From NCBI RefSeq assembly GCF_001194135.2, contig NC_068989.1, positions 12,920,790 to 12,984,789 on the forward strand: 64,000 nt of DNA. The letters run 5' to 3'. The position numbers and the translations under genes were made by a program. This DNA comes from Octopus bimaculoides. Its lineage: Eukaryota. Of the stretch, positions 12,673-24,354 are shown one piece after another (the first letter of the stretch is position 1; each line of letters opens with the position of its first letter). Under the pieces are notes generated by a model. It worked only from the letters and a program-made list of their open reading frames with translations, ran no database searches and had not been told where the DNA came from.

Positions 12673-15008
12673 AAAGTACATATATATATACATATATATG
12701 TGTGTGTATATGTGTGTATGTATGTAAATGTGTGTGTATACATGTTTGCACACACGTATCAAGATACGGATAGATAACTCTACTTCTTATGTTGCATGAA
12801 AATTAATATATTCAACGTTCTTGAATAGAATATGCCACTGTGTTTCCTTGAAGTTAAAATAAATTCGAACTAAAACCAAAAACCAAAAAAATACAGTTAG
12901 TAAAGGACAAATCTTATAAAATTCGGAGACTTCCATCTCTATTGAGAAAATAATCTTATATGAATGTCATTTAATATTTGAAACCGATCTAAATTTTGAA
13001 TAATATAGAAAATACATTCATTTTGTATTGCAATAAAATGCAAATATATATTTGCGAAAAAAAAAAAAATGCCCGGAAAATTATGTTCAAAAAAGAGAAA
13101 TTCTGGAAATGTTGATTAATTATGACATAAAGCATACCACTATGCAATGTCGTTCATCGAGAGTCGTCTTACGTAGTAATCATGACATGTGAAGCCTAGA
13201 GCAGGAAAAATAAGTTGAACCCTTTTGACTGTCAGTATATGATGTGTTGTGAATTCATCGCTTACAGCTCTGATTGGCAATCCAGCAATTTGGTTCCCAT
13301 GGTTCTTATATCCAGTTGTTTGTACATTTATAATGTTCAATTAATCCTTTTTAGAGAGATGAATTAATTTGACACATCGCATTAATTAAAATATTTTAAA
13401 TTTTCTCAAAGCATTTTTGCTTTAAACTAAAAGTTTGAATTTATTAAATAATACAAGAATACCAGCTCAGGGATGATTTTCAAACACCGTTAAATCTAGC
13501 AACGCAACTGAATCGTACATATTATGACACAGGATGTGAATTCGTGCTTTATGTCTGCAACGTTTCCAAAATTATAAACATGCAGTGGAAAATAAGTTCA
13601 AAGAATATTAAACTTCCTGTATCACAGTCAATTATATCAAAACATACAGTGACAGGTACCCCAAGCAATAATCAGGAGTTTTTTGTGTATTTTCATTAAT
13701 TGCCAACACATTTGATGAAGTAGCGTTTTTCTCTCTTACTAACATGTCAAGAAGAACCCAGATCTCTTGGATAAGATAATAATTTCCCGTAATTTTTTCT
13801 TGAAAAATGTAATTGTACTTGTACTTGAAGCTAGGAAATATCCGTCTCTTTCAGCACACTGACAATCTTTGTAACGCATGGTATATGCAAATATGCTTTC
13901 AAATGCACATATGTATAAATATGCATACACAATTCACACACAAACACACGTCTATATTTCTATGTAAACATTTGTATAAACATATGTATATACATATACA
14001 TAAACACAGACACACATTCTGTTCCAGAGTTTTTCCAGTTTTCCCTAAAACGATTTCAGCAATATAAAATTTAGAGATTTTAAAAGAGAAAGATATTTAT
14101 ATTCAACTTGTAGGGTCTCATCATAAGCTTTCCATTAATATAGAATTTATATTCTCAGTTAAATTAATGAAACATAAATTAATAACCTTAATAAATCACT
14201 TGGTGGTATAAATATAGTAATTAACGTTTTGTTCAATACGCATTAATTATTAAAAATTACGTTATGCTAAATGCGCATTAATTTTTAAAAGTTACGTATT
14301 ATTAAAAGTTACGTTCAATACGTATTAATTATTTACATATCAGAAATTTACGTTGGGTTTAGCAAGGAGTTTGAGTATTGGAATTCATTAACAGAATATA
14401 TTTTTTCTCACTGAACTACTTTCTTCATAATTAATTTATTGCTACAATTTCCTCTGTATCTGATCTCTCTCATTCTCTCTTCATTCCTCTCACTCTGTCA
14501 CCCGCAATATCTTTCATTTTCAATATTCTTCGCATTCATTGATGGAAAAAATTATTTTGTGATTAAGAATATTTCTTATAAATACTAGGATCGGTCTATG
14601 GTCCTATGGAGTGCTACATACTTTTGAAAGATTGAATAAAATCTGAGACTTTTCGGTGACGTTTCTGAGAGAGATGGTCTGTGAAAGCCAAACTATATGG
14701 TAGTCTAAACTCGTTGAACACTTACACATGATTGATTCCCCTTTGTTGTCACCAATGAGCCCGAGTCTTTTCCATAACCTAGCTTTTCTAAGCTCCTCCT
14801 ATGTGGGTGAGTATCTATCATTGATCATTTATATTTTACACACTTCAGTCATTTCACCGCGGTCATCACAGGACACTACATTGAAGGCTTTCTAAAGTAA
14901 ATTGAGCTGAATACTTATTTTAAATCGTGGTACATGTTGACTTTGTGTAGGCTCCCGCTAAATTTAAGGGGTGAAAACACAAAAACAATACCGGTTTATT
15001 AACCACAA

Positions 15009-15300
15009 TGTGTCTTTTACTATGGCCTTGGGCCGACCAAAGCCTTGTGTGTGGATTTGGTAGACGGAAACTAAAGGAAGCATATTTTTATGTGTGTCTC
15101 TTTCTGTCTGTTTTTGTTCCACCAGCATCGCTTGACCCCCGACATTGGTGTCTGTAAGTCTCCGTAACTTAGCGGCTCGGCAAGAGACCGATACAATAAA
15201 TACCATGCGTACAAAGAGTAAGTCCTGGGGTGAATTTCTTCCACTAAAAGGCGGTGCTCCAGCATGGCCGTAGTCAAACAACTGAAACAAATAAAAGAAT
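15009..15300 (+). mobile_element. SINE family A, 5'-truncated
   Basis: GGGCCGACCAAAGCCTTGTG...AAGGCGGTGCTCCAGCATGGCCGTAGTCAAACAACTGAAACAA. Confidence 0.85.
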
Positions 15301-16529
15301 GCAAACGGCACATACACGCACGAACACACAGACATAAACATAGGTGCACAATACATATGTAGCTATGTGTGTGTATGTTTGTGTGTGTGGATTTTTGAGT
15401 GTGTGTATGTGTGTGTGTATGTGTATGTGCGTGTGTGTATGTGTGTGTGTGTGTATGTGTGTGTGTGTGTGTGTGGGGGGGTGTAGTCGTCATGCGTAAA
15501 TAACATACTTGAGAGTTTAGACTTATCTCTGGATGAAAATAAAATGAATGGGGATATTTGAGGAGGTGAGAAAAAAAATCTAACTTGGAGATCTGACTTG
15601 TGTCAATGGTCTCTCTCAAGCCGAACAGGTATATATATATATATTTATATATATGTATGTATATATCTTTATTTATATATATATATATATCTTTGTGTGT
15701 GCATCTATATGTATCTTAGTATCTTTCTTTATATATCCTGCTGCAGCTGAAAGGAATAAACGATGATTTGTGATGACCAAAATGGCAATAGTGTGAACAT
15801 AATGGGTTGCTTGAGAATAGCCATATGTCTGAATGTCTAAAACGGCTTAAAGCAAAGTGGCTGCAGTTAAAACATTTTATACAGACTCTTTATTGATTTG
15901 CGAAAATTTCTCTCATAATCACTTTGGACCCTTCTGCATTGTCTGGCATTGATGACTATTTGGTGACTCTTAATGCTTCTTAAATGACCCAATATTCATT
16001 TTTTTCCCATGTAACACTTGAAACGAGCTACATTCTTTTTATCGGAATGCTTATATGCTTACATAATCATAAAAAATGTATTGCCATCGTATTTCACCGT
16101 TTCTCTGCATGTATCTACAATTATATATATATATATGTTCGTGTGTGTGTGTATGTGTGTGTGTGTGTGTGTGTATGTGCAAGTGGAGGAATAAGTCTAT
16201 GTACGTGTGCGTTTATGTTTTGCGCCTGCTGCCTAGAGATCACATAAATTGCTGTGCCATCAATGTGATCAGGGGAAGTTCGAATTCTTCGGTTCCCATT
16301 GTAGTTCATTATTTTCCGTCATACATGAAAAAGCCGTACCAAAATTGAAACTACTGTAACCGCACAAACCATTCAGCAATTATTTTTAGTATTTTCATTC
16401 ACTCAGCTTTAGTTTCAGTATATGTATCTAGCCGAATCCACAGTAATTTTTTTTTCTAAATTTTCTCTTGTCTATGATTTTCTACCTATGTTCGTATGTC
16501 TGACGCTCGCAGTAGGACATAATGCCCAC

Positions 16530-16607
16530 GGGCATATGGCGTAGTGGTTAAGAGCGCAGGCTACTGACCCCAAGATTCCGAGTTCGATTCCAAGCTGTGA
16601 CCTGAAA

Positions 16608-16660
<53 letters not shown>

Positions 16661-16820
16661 CATCGAAAAATACCTTAGGAATGAGAACCCAGGTTCGAAA
16701 TTTCCCCCAAGACACCTGAAGAAGGCTGGAGGGTATGTCAGCCGAAACGTTGTGTTAACAACAAAGAAGCTGAGGACAAATATCCGTCGAATGTAAATAA
16801 TGTAAACAATGTAAATAATA
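16530..16820 (+). mobile_element. tRNA-derived SINE with internal (AAT)n, a hammerhead-containing 3' body and an (AATGTAAAT)n tail
   Basis: A box TGGCGTAGTGG (16537-16547), B box GAGTTCGATTCC (16580-16591), (AAT)n about 16608-16658, unique body 16659-16790, tail AATGTAAATAATGTAAACAATGTAAAT. Confidence 0.8.
16711..16756 (+). ncRNA. minimal type I hammerhead ribozyme motif (Penelope-like)
   Basis: GACAC (stem I) - CTGAAGA core 16716-16722 - extra A - GGCTG/loop/CAGCC (stem II, 16724-16743) - GAAA 16744-16747 - CG - TT - GTGTT (stem I'). Stem III reduces to the palindrome AACGTT. Predicted cleavage is after GUU at 16751. Confidence 0.75.
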
Positions 16821-16869
16821 ATGGGATTAGTTAAAGTCGTATAACACTCCCCCCTTTCTGGAAGTAATG

Positions 16870-17700
16870 CACACTGTTATTTTCAAGTCACAATTTCCCA
16901 TGCCTTTGATATTGTAGGCTTCTACTGCCATTTGTGTTGCCCTGAGGCTGCCCTCAATTCAACAAGCAGGTGTTTTATCAAATATAACTATTCCAGGCTG
17001 TTGTTGCATCGTTTTGATTATATTGATTTAAAAAATACTGCTTCCAATATTTGTTTCCAAAGCATTTTCTTTCAACTAGCACAGTTAACAGAATAGGACA
17101 CATATTGTCAAAGGGGAGAAGCATTTAGCCACACCATAAACTAGCCATAGAAGCCAACAATTAGACATCATGAAGCAACAATTCTTCCATTCCCATCACA
17201 TTTTCCTCATATATACAGCTACCACACCCACTTGACAAGAGATCCTCGACCTTCTGGAAATAGTTGTTAATGAAAATCTCATAATTTAGTTCCTTAAATG
17301 GAGAATATCGTCCTAAATATCTATATATTCTTAGGTTAGTTATGAGTGGAACCTCATTGTTCAAATATCGCTTTGGGTTAAAAGAAACAATAGCTACGAC
17401 TAAATAATTACAGACATAGACGATATAATAGAAAGAAAGTTTTTTTTTCTTTGTTTTCATAAACATCACACGGAGGCCAATATGCCTGGTGGCATGAAAC
17501 ACGATTTTGCTAACTGTTTTCGAAGCCTGTACAGTTGAATGCGAGTATAGATACAAAAACCTTCTTTCTGAAATACTAGAGAAAAAGTTAAAGCTGTAGC
17601 AACAGTTGCTGGTACGCAATTTTCAAGGACATAATGCAGAACCCAGTTCACGTGTGAAATTGTTAACCATGATTTTGTATGTTCATCTGCCTAACATCTT
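16870..17700 (-). pseudogene. possible decayed RLE-type non-LTR retrotransposon fragment
   Basis: Minus-strand YRYLG (ORF 17161-17619), SLWCG..MCP, and QPGIVIFDKT/LLVELR resembling the RPD..(D/E) RLE motif. The spacing is too compressed for an intact ORF. Confidence 0.3.
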
Positions 17701-17962
17701 GGACAATTTCTTTCCTATTCTATGCGTCTACAACCATACATGTCATCACTTCACGTTGGAATGTGAATTTTGGTCTTCAGCCAACCATAAGTTAGGTATT
17801 TATGAAACAGTGGATTTGTAGATTGTGACTAGTTGTTTAGCGTGAATACGCTTGTCTAGTCATTCTGGAGACTACTTCGTGCATGAGGAGTTTTCTATCA
17901 GAACTCATCTACGAATTCAAGACGCATACAACAAATGAACTGTTGTCATTCATTTACTTTAC

Positions 17963-18176
17963 ATAACTGGCTTCAAATTTTGACACAAATGCTGCAAAGG
18001 AGAGTAGAATAGTTGATTACATCAACCCTGCTGCTCAAATAGTACTAAGTTTATTAGGCGCAACAAGACGAACTGTATAGTCGTCTTCGGTGGAACTTGA
18101 ACTCAGAAAGTAATAAGCCGGAAAAAGGGCGCTAAGCACTTTGTTGGACACACTAGCGATTCTGCCAGATTTATGC
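17963..18176 (-). mobile_element. SINE family B, diverged
   Basis: TTGAACTCAGAA...GCTAAGCAC...CTAGCGATTCTGCCAG is the reverse complement of the family B head. Confidence 0.7.
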
Positions 18177-18184
18177 TTTTTATA

Positions 18185-18385
18185 ATAGTGTGAAATTTGG
18201 TACAAAGCCAGATATTTTAGGGAGATGTGATTACGTAACTACATAAACCACGGTGTTTTACTGGAACTTATTTTAACAACCCCGAAAGGTTAGAAGGCAA
18301 GATCGGCTTCGGTGGAATTTTAACTCAAAACGTAAAATGCCGGAAGAAATGTCATTATGTATTTTGTCCAATGCATTAACAATTA
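18185..18385 (-). mobile_element. SINE family B, diverged
   Basis: ACCCCGAAAGG..GAAGGCAAG..TTCGGTGGAATTTTAACTCAAAACGTAAA. Confidence 0.7.
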
Positions 18386-18534
18386 TCTCAGTTTACCTAT
18401 TTAAATATTTGACATCAATAAATGTTATTCAGATTTCGTGGAATATTATTCAGATTTCAAGTTATAAATTTCAGCTCAATTTGTGTTGTGGTGTAGATGC
18501 TACAGTCTTAATATCAGAAAGATCTGGAAGCCTA

Positions 18535-18715
18535 TGAGTTGGCAGAGACGTTAGCACGCCGGGCGAAATGCTTAGTAGTATTTCGTCTGCCTTTACGTCC
18601 TGAGTTCAAATTCCGCCGAGGTCGATTTGCCCTTCATCGTTTCGGGGTCGATAAATTAAGTACCAGTTACGCACTGGGATCGATGTAATTGTTTATTTCC
18701 TATCGCCACAAAATC
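18535..18715 (+). mobile_element. SINE family B
   Basis: GAGTTGGCAGAGACGTTAGCACGCCGGGCGAAATGCTTAG...GAGTTCAAATTCCGCCGAGGTCG. Confidence 0.9.
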
Positions 18716-18776
18716 TAATGCCCCTAAATGACAAAAGACAGCTCATATTTTATGTAAGGCTTTCGGAGTCGATAAC

Positions 18777-18975
18777 ACAGCGGGTAAAATCCCCTGCGGT
18801 ATTTCGTCTCTCCTTACGTTCTGAGATCAAATTCCGCCGAGGATGAATTTACCATTCATCATTTAAGGGTCGATAAAATAATTCCCACTCAAGCACTGGG
18901 ATCGATGTAATGGTCTTACACTCTCTCCCAAAATTGCTGGCATTGTGCCAAAATTTGAACCAATGTATATTATAA
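18777..18975 (+). mobile_element. SINE family B, diverged and 5'-truncated
   Basis: GCGGTATTTCGTC..TTACGTTCTGAGATCAAATTCCGCCGAGG...GCATTGTGCCAAAATTTGAACC. Confidence 0.75.
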
Positions 18976-19282
18976 TCACGACTGTAATACTTCCAATATG
19001 CAGTCTTAGACACGATTTAGAAATTGTGAATGCTAATTATATAAAACGAAACGCTCTACTTTCCTCTATACGAGTGATTGCGGTATATAAGCTGAGATTA
19101 TTACGAAAATTTCGCTTCTTATTTCTTCCCATCAAATTATATCTTGAAATTTTAAATAGATGTGCGGGAGAATGTGAATTTGCAGTTATTAGTTACCCGC
19201 TCCATCCGAGTAATTTATCTTTAGTGAAATCTTAATTTCCTTAAAGCAATCTAGCTTGTTAGCTCGTACAAGCACACACAGT

Positions 19283-19351
<69 letters not shown>

Positions 19352-19639
19352 CACATACCTACGTACATACATACGTATAACGATGTGTGTGTATGCCTGT
19401 ACTATAAGTTTAACTCTATCTGGAGATCTCTAAACTTAACGTCCTTTACAGAAGATAGGCGCCATTACCTTGTGAATGGATAATCATGTTGTATCAAGTT
19501 TCGTTAATGTTATGAGATCATTTTAATCTCCTATATTTTAGCATTAATATGCTATCCAAGCGCACTGATAATCAAACTATCTGAAGTTGAATTACCAAGA
19601 ATGTCGAGCAGTATACATTGATAGGTATACATAAAATAT

Positions 19640-19846
19640 TTATTGGCCGTAAATTTTGGCACACGGCCAGAAATTTTGAGGGAGGGCTTAAATTGATTAC
19701 ATCGACCCTAGTGCTTAACTGGTACTCATTTTACCGATCCCGAAAGGAAGAAAGGAAAGTCCAGCTCAAAGGAATTTGAACTCAGAGCATAAAGACGGAT
19801 GAAATACCTCTTAGCATTTTCCCCGGCAAGTTCAACATTCTGCCAT
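19640..19846 (-). mobile_element. SINE family B
   Basis: AAATTTTGGCACACGGCC...ATCGACCC..AACTGGTAC...GGAATTTGAACTCAGA...TTCTGCCA. Confidence 0.8.
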
Positions 19847-19942
19847 TTTCTGAGCTTTTGAAATTCTTTCGCAACATTATTAAGAACGCAAGGGATACTC
19901 ATATCAAATTATCATTATTGTTATTATTATTATTATTATTAT

Positions 19943-20907
19943 TCAGTAGTTTTATTTTTATAACGTGCTTTCACTTCACTACCGAGCGCAGCTCTGTGCG
20001 CCTTGGGTATGTGCTGTGGTTTGCTGTGGTGCTCTTATGTTTACTGTATTGAAAGTGTTTTGCGTAGAATGTGTGCAGTACCCAGTAGTGCAATTTTCTG
20101 TATGTTATATATATTTGTAAGTCCTGGTGTTTTTGTTATGTATTTGTCTGAATATTTTTTTATTATACCTAAGGCACCTACTATGATAGGAATTGTTTCT
20201 GTTTTTAGATTCCACATTCGAGTTATCTCTATTTCCAGGTCTTTGTATTTTGAAAGTTTTTCNNNNNNNNNNNNNNNNNNNNNNNNNNNNNNNNNNNNNN
20301 NNNNNNNNNNNNNNNNNNNNNNNNNNNNNNNNNNNNNNNNNNNNNNNNNNNNNNNNNNNNNNNNNNNNNNNNNNNNNNNNNNNNNNNNNNNNNNNNNNNN
20401 NNNNNNNNNNNNNNNNNNNNNNNNNNNNNNNNNNNNNNNNNNNNNNNNNNNNNNNNNNNNNNNNNNNNNNNNNNNNNNNNNNNNNNNNNNNNNNNNNNNN
20501 NNNNNNNNNNNNNNNNNNNNNNNNNNNNNNNNNNNNNNNNNNNNNNNNNNNNNNNNNNNNNNNNNNNNNNNNNNNNNNNNNNNNNNNNNNNNNNNNNNNN
20601 NNNNNNNNNNNNNNNNNNNNNNNNNNNNNNNNNNNNNNNNNNNNNNNNNNNNNNNNNNNNNNNNNNNNNNNNNNNNNTATCATGGTCCGTTGCTGTTCTA
20701 GTTTTAGTTTGGATTTCATTTGTTTTATAGCTTTTGTTGTTTCTTCTTCTTCTTCTTCGTATTTGTTAGGTAGATTGATTTCTTGTTTGTATTTGTCAGC
20801 TTCCTTAAATACTGAAAACAGTTTTTTGTTTTGCTCGTGTTTTGTGGCTATTTGTATTAGTTTCCCTTGCTTCTGGAGTAGGTATTTTTGCAGTCCTATG
20901 GTGGTTA

Positions 20908-20911
<4 letters not shown>
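19943..20911 (-). mobile_element. young 5'-truncated R4/Dong-type non-LTR retrotransposon inserted in (TAA)n
   Basis: 20262->20041 reads EKLSKYKDLEIEITRMWNLKTETIPIIVGALGIIKKYSDKYITKTPGLTNIYNIQKIALLGTAHILRKTLSIQ* without interruption (RLE C-terminus). 20911->20678 is also open (KITTIGLQKYL...KLEQQRTMI). A ~100 nt 3' UTR runs into (TAA)n, and both flanks are TAA/TTA arrays. Confidence 0.9.
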
Positions 20912-20962
<51 letters not shown>

Positions 20963-20964
<2 letters not shown>

Positions 20965-21185
20965 GGCGGCGAGCTGGCGGAATCTTTAGCGCGCGCGCTG
21001 GACGAAATGTTTAACGGTAATTCGACCGTCGATACTTCACCTGCTGATATTTATTCCGCCGAGGTCGACTTTGCTTTTCATCCTTTTGATGTCGATAAAT
21101 TAAGCACCAGTTAAACACTGGGGTCGATGCAACTGACTTTGTCCCCTCTCCGTAAATTCTAGGCCTTGTGCCTACAATAGAAAGG

Positions 21186-21186
<1 letters not shown>
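20963..21186 (+). mobile_element. SINE family B flanked by (TTA)n on both sides
   Basis: AAGGCGGCGAGCTGGCGGAATC...ATTCCGCCGAGGTCGACTTTGC...GGCCTTGTGCCTACAATAGAAAGG, followed by (ATT)n. Confidence 0.85.
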
Positions 21187-21280
<94 letters not shown>

Positions 21281-21305
21281 CATCATCATCATCATCATCA
21301 TCATT
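21187..21305. repeat. (ATT)n-(ATC)n microsatellite (SINE tail)
   Basis: Read directly. Confidence 0.95.
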
Positions 21306-22044
21306 ACTTTGCCGCTGATATTTATTTTTCCTGTGCGTAATATGACTTCGCATGCTTTTAATTAAAATGATTTCTCTGAAGTTTAAATAAGTCTGGTATT
21401 ACATTTCAAGTAGACTTCGAAAAATAAATTTTCAATCGTGTTAATAAAACACATCTAAACAAACGCAGCACTATCTAAGCCATCGGTGCGTTTTGTCCGA
21501 GACATAGTTTCCATTGCAGGTTCAATGATCTTCACGTTTTATTACATAAGTGAATCTGCAGTCAAAGTGAATAACGTCTACATCGTTTGACTAAATCATC
21601 GCATAAAGTATAATGCCATTGTGTAAGTGGTAATTAGTTTGTTTTACGTCACATTAGAAGTTTATGCGATATTTTCCTACGTTTACTGTTCTAAAGCTTT
21701 TTATATATTCTCCATTTCATTAATTTTAACATTCTTGTGTCAGACTACATTCTAATACTTTTCCATGCATTGTTGAATTTAAAGCTTTCATTTTACTATA
21801 ACAATTCAACCATAACTCAGGTTAAGTGAAAAAAATTTTTTTCAGACAACCATCTTGCATAATTAGCAGTTGGATAAGTTTGTGGTTTTCTTATTTACAT
21901 TTATTTCAGCGTCAGCGTGAACGCGTTTATCTCTTTATACCAAACCATAAAACCAAGATATTATATATACACACGTTTTCTTTATCCTACCGCGGACACT
22001 TTTCTTGTTCATGAATACATATATAAGCCGATGCGGAACCAAGT

Positions 22045-22255
22045 GCGGCGAATTGGCAGCAACGTTAATATGCCGAGCAAAATGCTTAGCAGTATATCGT
22101 CTGCCGTTACGTTCCGTGTTCAAATTCCGCCGAGGTCGACTTTTCCTTTCATCCTTTCGGGCTCGATAAATTGAGTACCAGTTCCGTACTGGGGTCGACC
22201 TGATCAACTGCATCCTCCCCCAAATTGTCGGGCCTTCTGCCTAGAGTAGAAAAAT
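22045..22255 (+). mobile_element. SINE family B, full length
   Basis: GCGGCGAATTGGCAGCAACGTT...GTTCAAATTCCGCCGAGGTCGAC...GGCCTTCTGCCTAGAGTAGAAAAA. Confidence 0.85.
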
Positions 22256-22809
22256 ATATCTCGGAATGGGTGTGTTGTACGCATGCGGGGGCTCAATGTG
22301 TGTAGCTATATTTATTTAGGTCTATGCGTATTATAATGATGTATGCACATATTCATATATATTAGCATATCATTGGTATGTAAACAACGTACTAGGTAGT
22401 CGATATAATCGTCTGAGTTCGTTCTTATAACAATGGGACATAATTACACACGTTTCTTATAGGTCTCTGCGAGGACATCTATAATTTTCATAATTGTGTA
22501 TTTACTTTCCACCTCAGACTGGCTAATTAGCACAAAACTATACACGACACACAAACTCACACATGCAATCAAATGCATAAGCAAATATATACAAACATAA
22601 TTTCTACATATGCAAACACATGCACGGAGAAATACATGCACTTAAATGTGTATACATGCATACAAGCATACACGCACAGACACATACACACATATATATA
22701 TATACACACACACATGTGTGCGTCTTTGTGTGTGTGAGTATCTATGTATATATTGATGTAATATGAATTCGATAATGAACATTCACACACACAGTCACAT
22801 ATATTTATT

Positions 22810-22852
<43 letters not shown>

Positions 22853-23649
22853 ACACACACACAAACACACACACATATATGTATTCATAAGTTGATGTGA
22901 AGCAGGAATTGGAGCACACGGGATGTTTATTCCTATTCACTACAATTGTTTCTGCTCATTCTGTACCTGTACAGCACAGGTGGTATGCTCTACAATCAAT
23001 TATCTTGTATCACAGGTGAAGACTACATCCCCTGAGGTGAGTTTTTAAACTAGTATTTCGTTCTTTCTTCTCTTCATTTCACACAGTTCAATTAAGAAAT
23101 AGCTTTGGGAAGCCTGCTATATCCGTAACATATACATCGCTACGGATGTTCATATAAAGTTGCCAATAATAGTGGACAGGGTTTATACGCGAATATAAAA
23201 ATGATTTTAACTAATACATATTTATATAAGATGGCAGGTAAGGTTATGTAAGTCGATGTAAGTGCCACGGAAGGACTGCTGTTAAGCTCTCGGCTTGATA
23301 ATAGCATGAGTGAGGAGTCTAAGGCATGTTGTATGTGATCGTGTATATGTTAAAAAAAAGTAAGATAACAAAGGCCAATCAATTTGATATTACTAGGGCA
23401 TTTGTAAATGTCCTAGGAATATCAAATTGCCTTGCCCCTGTTATTTTATTTTACTTAATACACACGCGCGCGCACACACAGACATACACACACACACGTA
23501 TATATATACATATACAAATAGGCACGATGGGTAAATTACCACCATCTTATACATTTGATTTCGCGCATAAGCCTTGATGGTTTTTGCTTTTGTCAACTTC
23601 AAAGTATGGTAGGGTCCATTGAGAAAAAAAAAATAGCATTGTCACGCAA

Positions 23650-23952
23650 TTCAATCTGCTAGAAATTTGGAAACTACATTCTGTACAGCTTGGCATTTGC
23701 GCCGAAAGTTCTTTGTAACATCAAAGATAAACTGGAAGCAGAGATTATGGCAGCATCCACCAACTTAAACAAGGCGACCGTCCAGGAGATTCCGAAGTTG
23801 TCTGTAGGCCGTGGTGATTTTATTGAATAAATTTTTATGTAATTTTTATGTAATTTTTATGTAATTTTGGTAAATCTATCTGGTAAAATGAGATGTCAGT
23901 GTTATTTTAATTTTTGCGTAGTTTAGACGACAATTAATTCACCGCACCCGTA
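23650..23952 (+). mobile_element. Tc1/mariner transposon 3' relic (transposase C-terminus plus right end)
   Basis: 23714-23830 reads CNIKDKLEAEIMAASTNLNKATVQEIPKLSVGRGDFIE*, with the GxFIE* ending typical of maT/Tc1-like transposases. The terminus CACCGCACCCG-TA (23940-23952) resembles a ...CACCCTG-TA TIR end. Confidence 0.65.
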
Positions 23953-24304
23953 AACACACTTACACACATGACAATATATTCACCGTTCACTNNNNNNNNN
24001 NNNNNNNNNNNNNNNNNNNNNNNNNNNNNNNNNNNNNNNNNNNNNNNNNNNNNNNNNNNNNNNNNNNNNNNNNNNNNNNNNNNNNNNNNNNNNNNNNNNN
24101 NNNNNNNNNNNNNNNNNNNNNNNNNNNNNNNNNNNNNNNNNNNNNNNNNNNNNNNNNNNNNNNNNNNNNNNNNNNNNNNNNNNNNNNNNNNNNNNNNNNN
24201 NNNNNNNNNNNNNNNNNNNNNNNNNNNNNNNNNNNNNNNNNNNNNNNNNNNNNNNNNNNNNNNNNNNNNNNNNNNNNNCTCTCTCTCTCCCTCTCTCTCT
24301 CTCC

Positions 24305-24354
<50 letters not shown>

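Noticed and set aside
16530-16603. SINE heads as genuine tRNA genes (also 45201, 46238, 51484)
   Set aside because: There is no complete cloverleaf or acceptor stem, and the heads continue into SINE bodies, several with TSDs.
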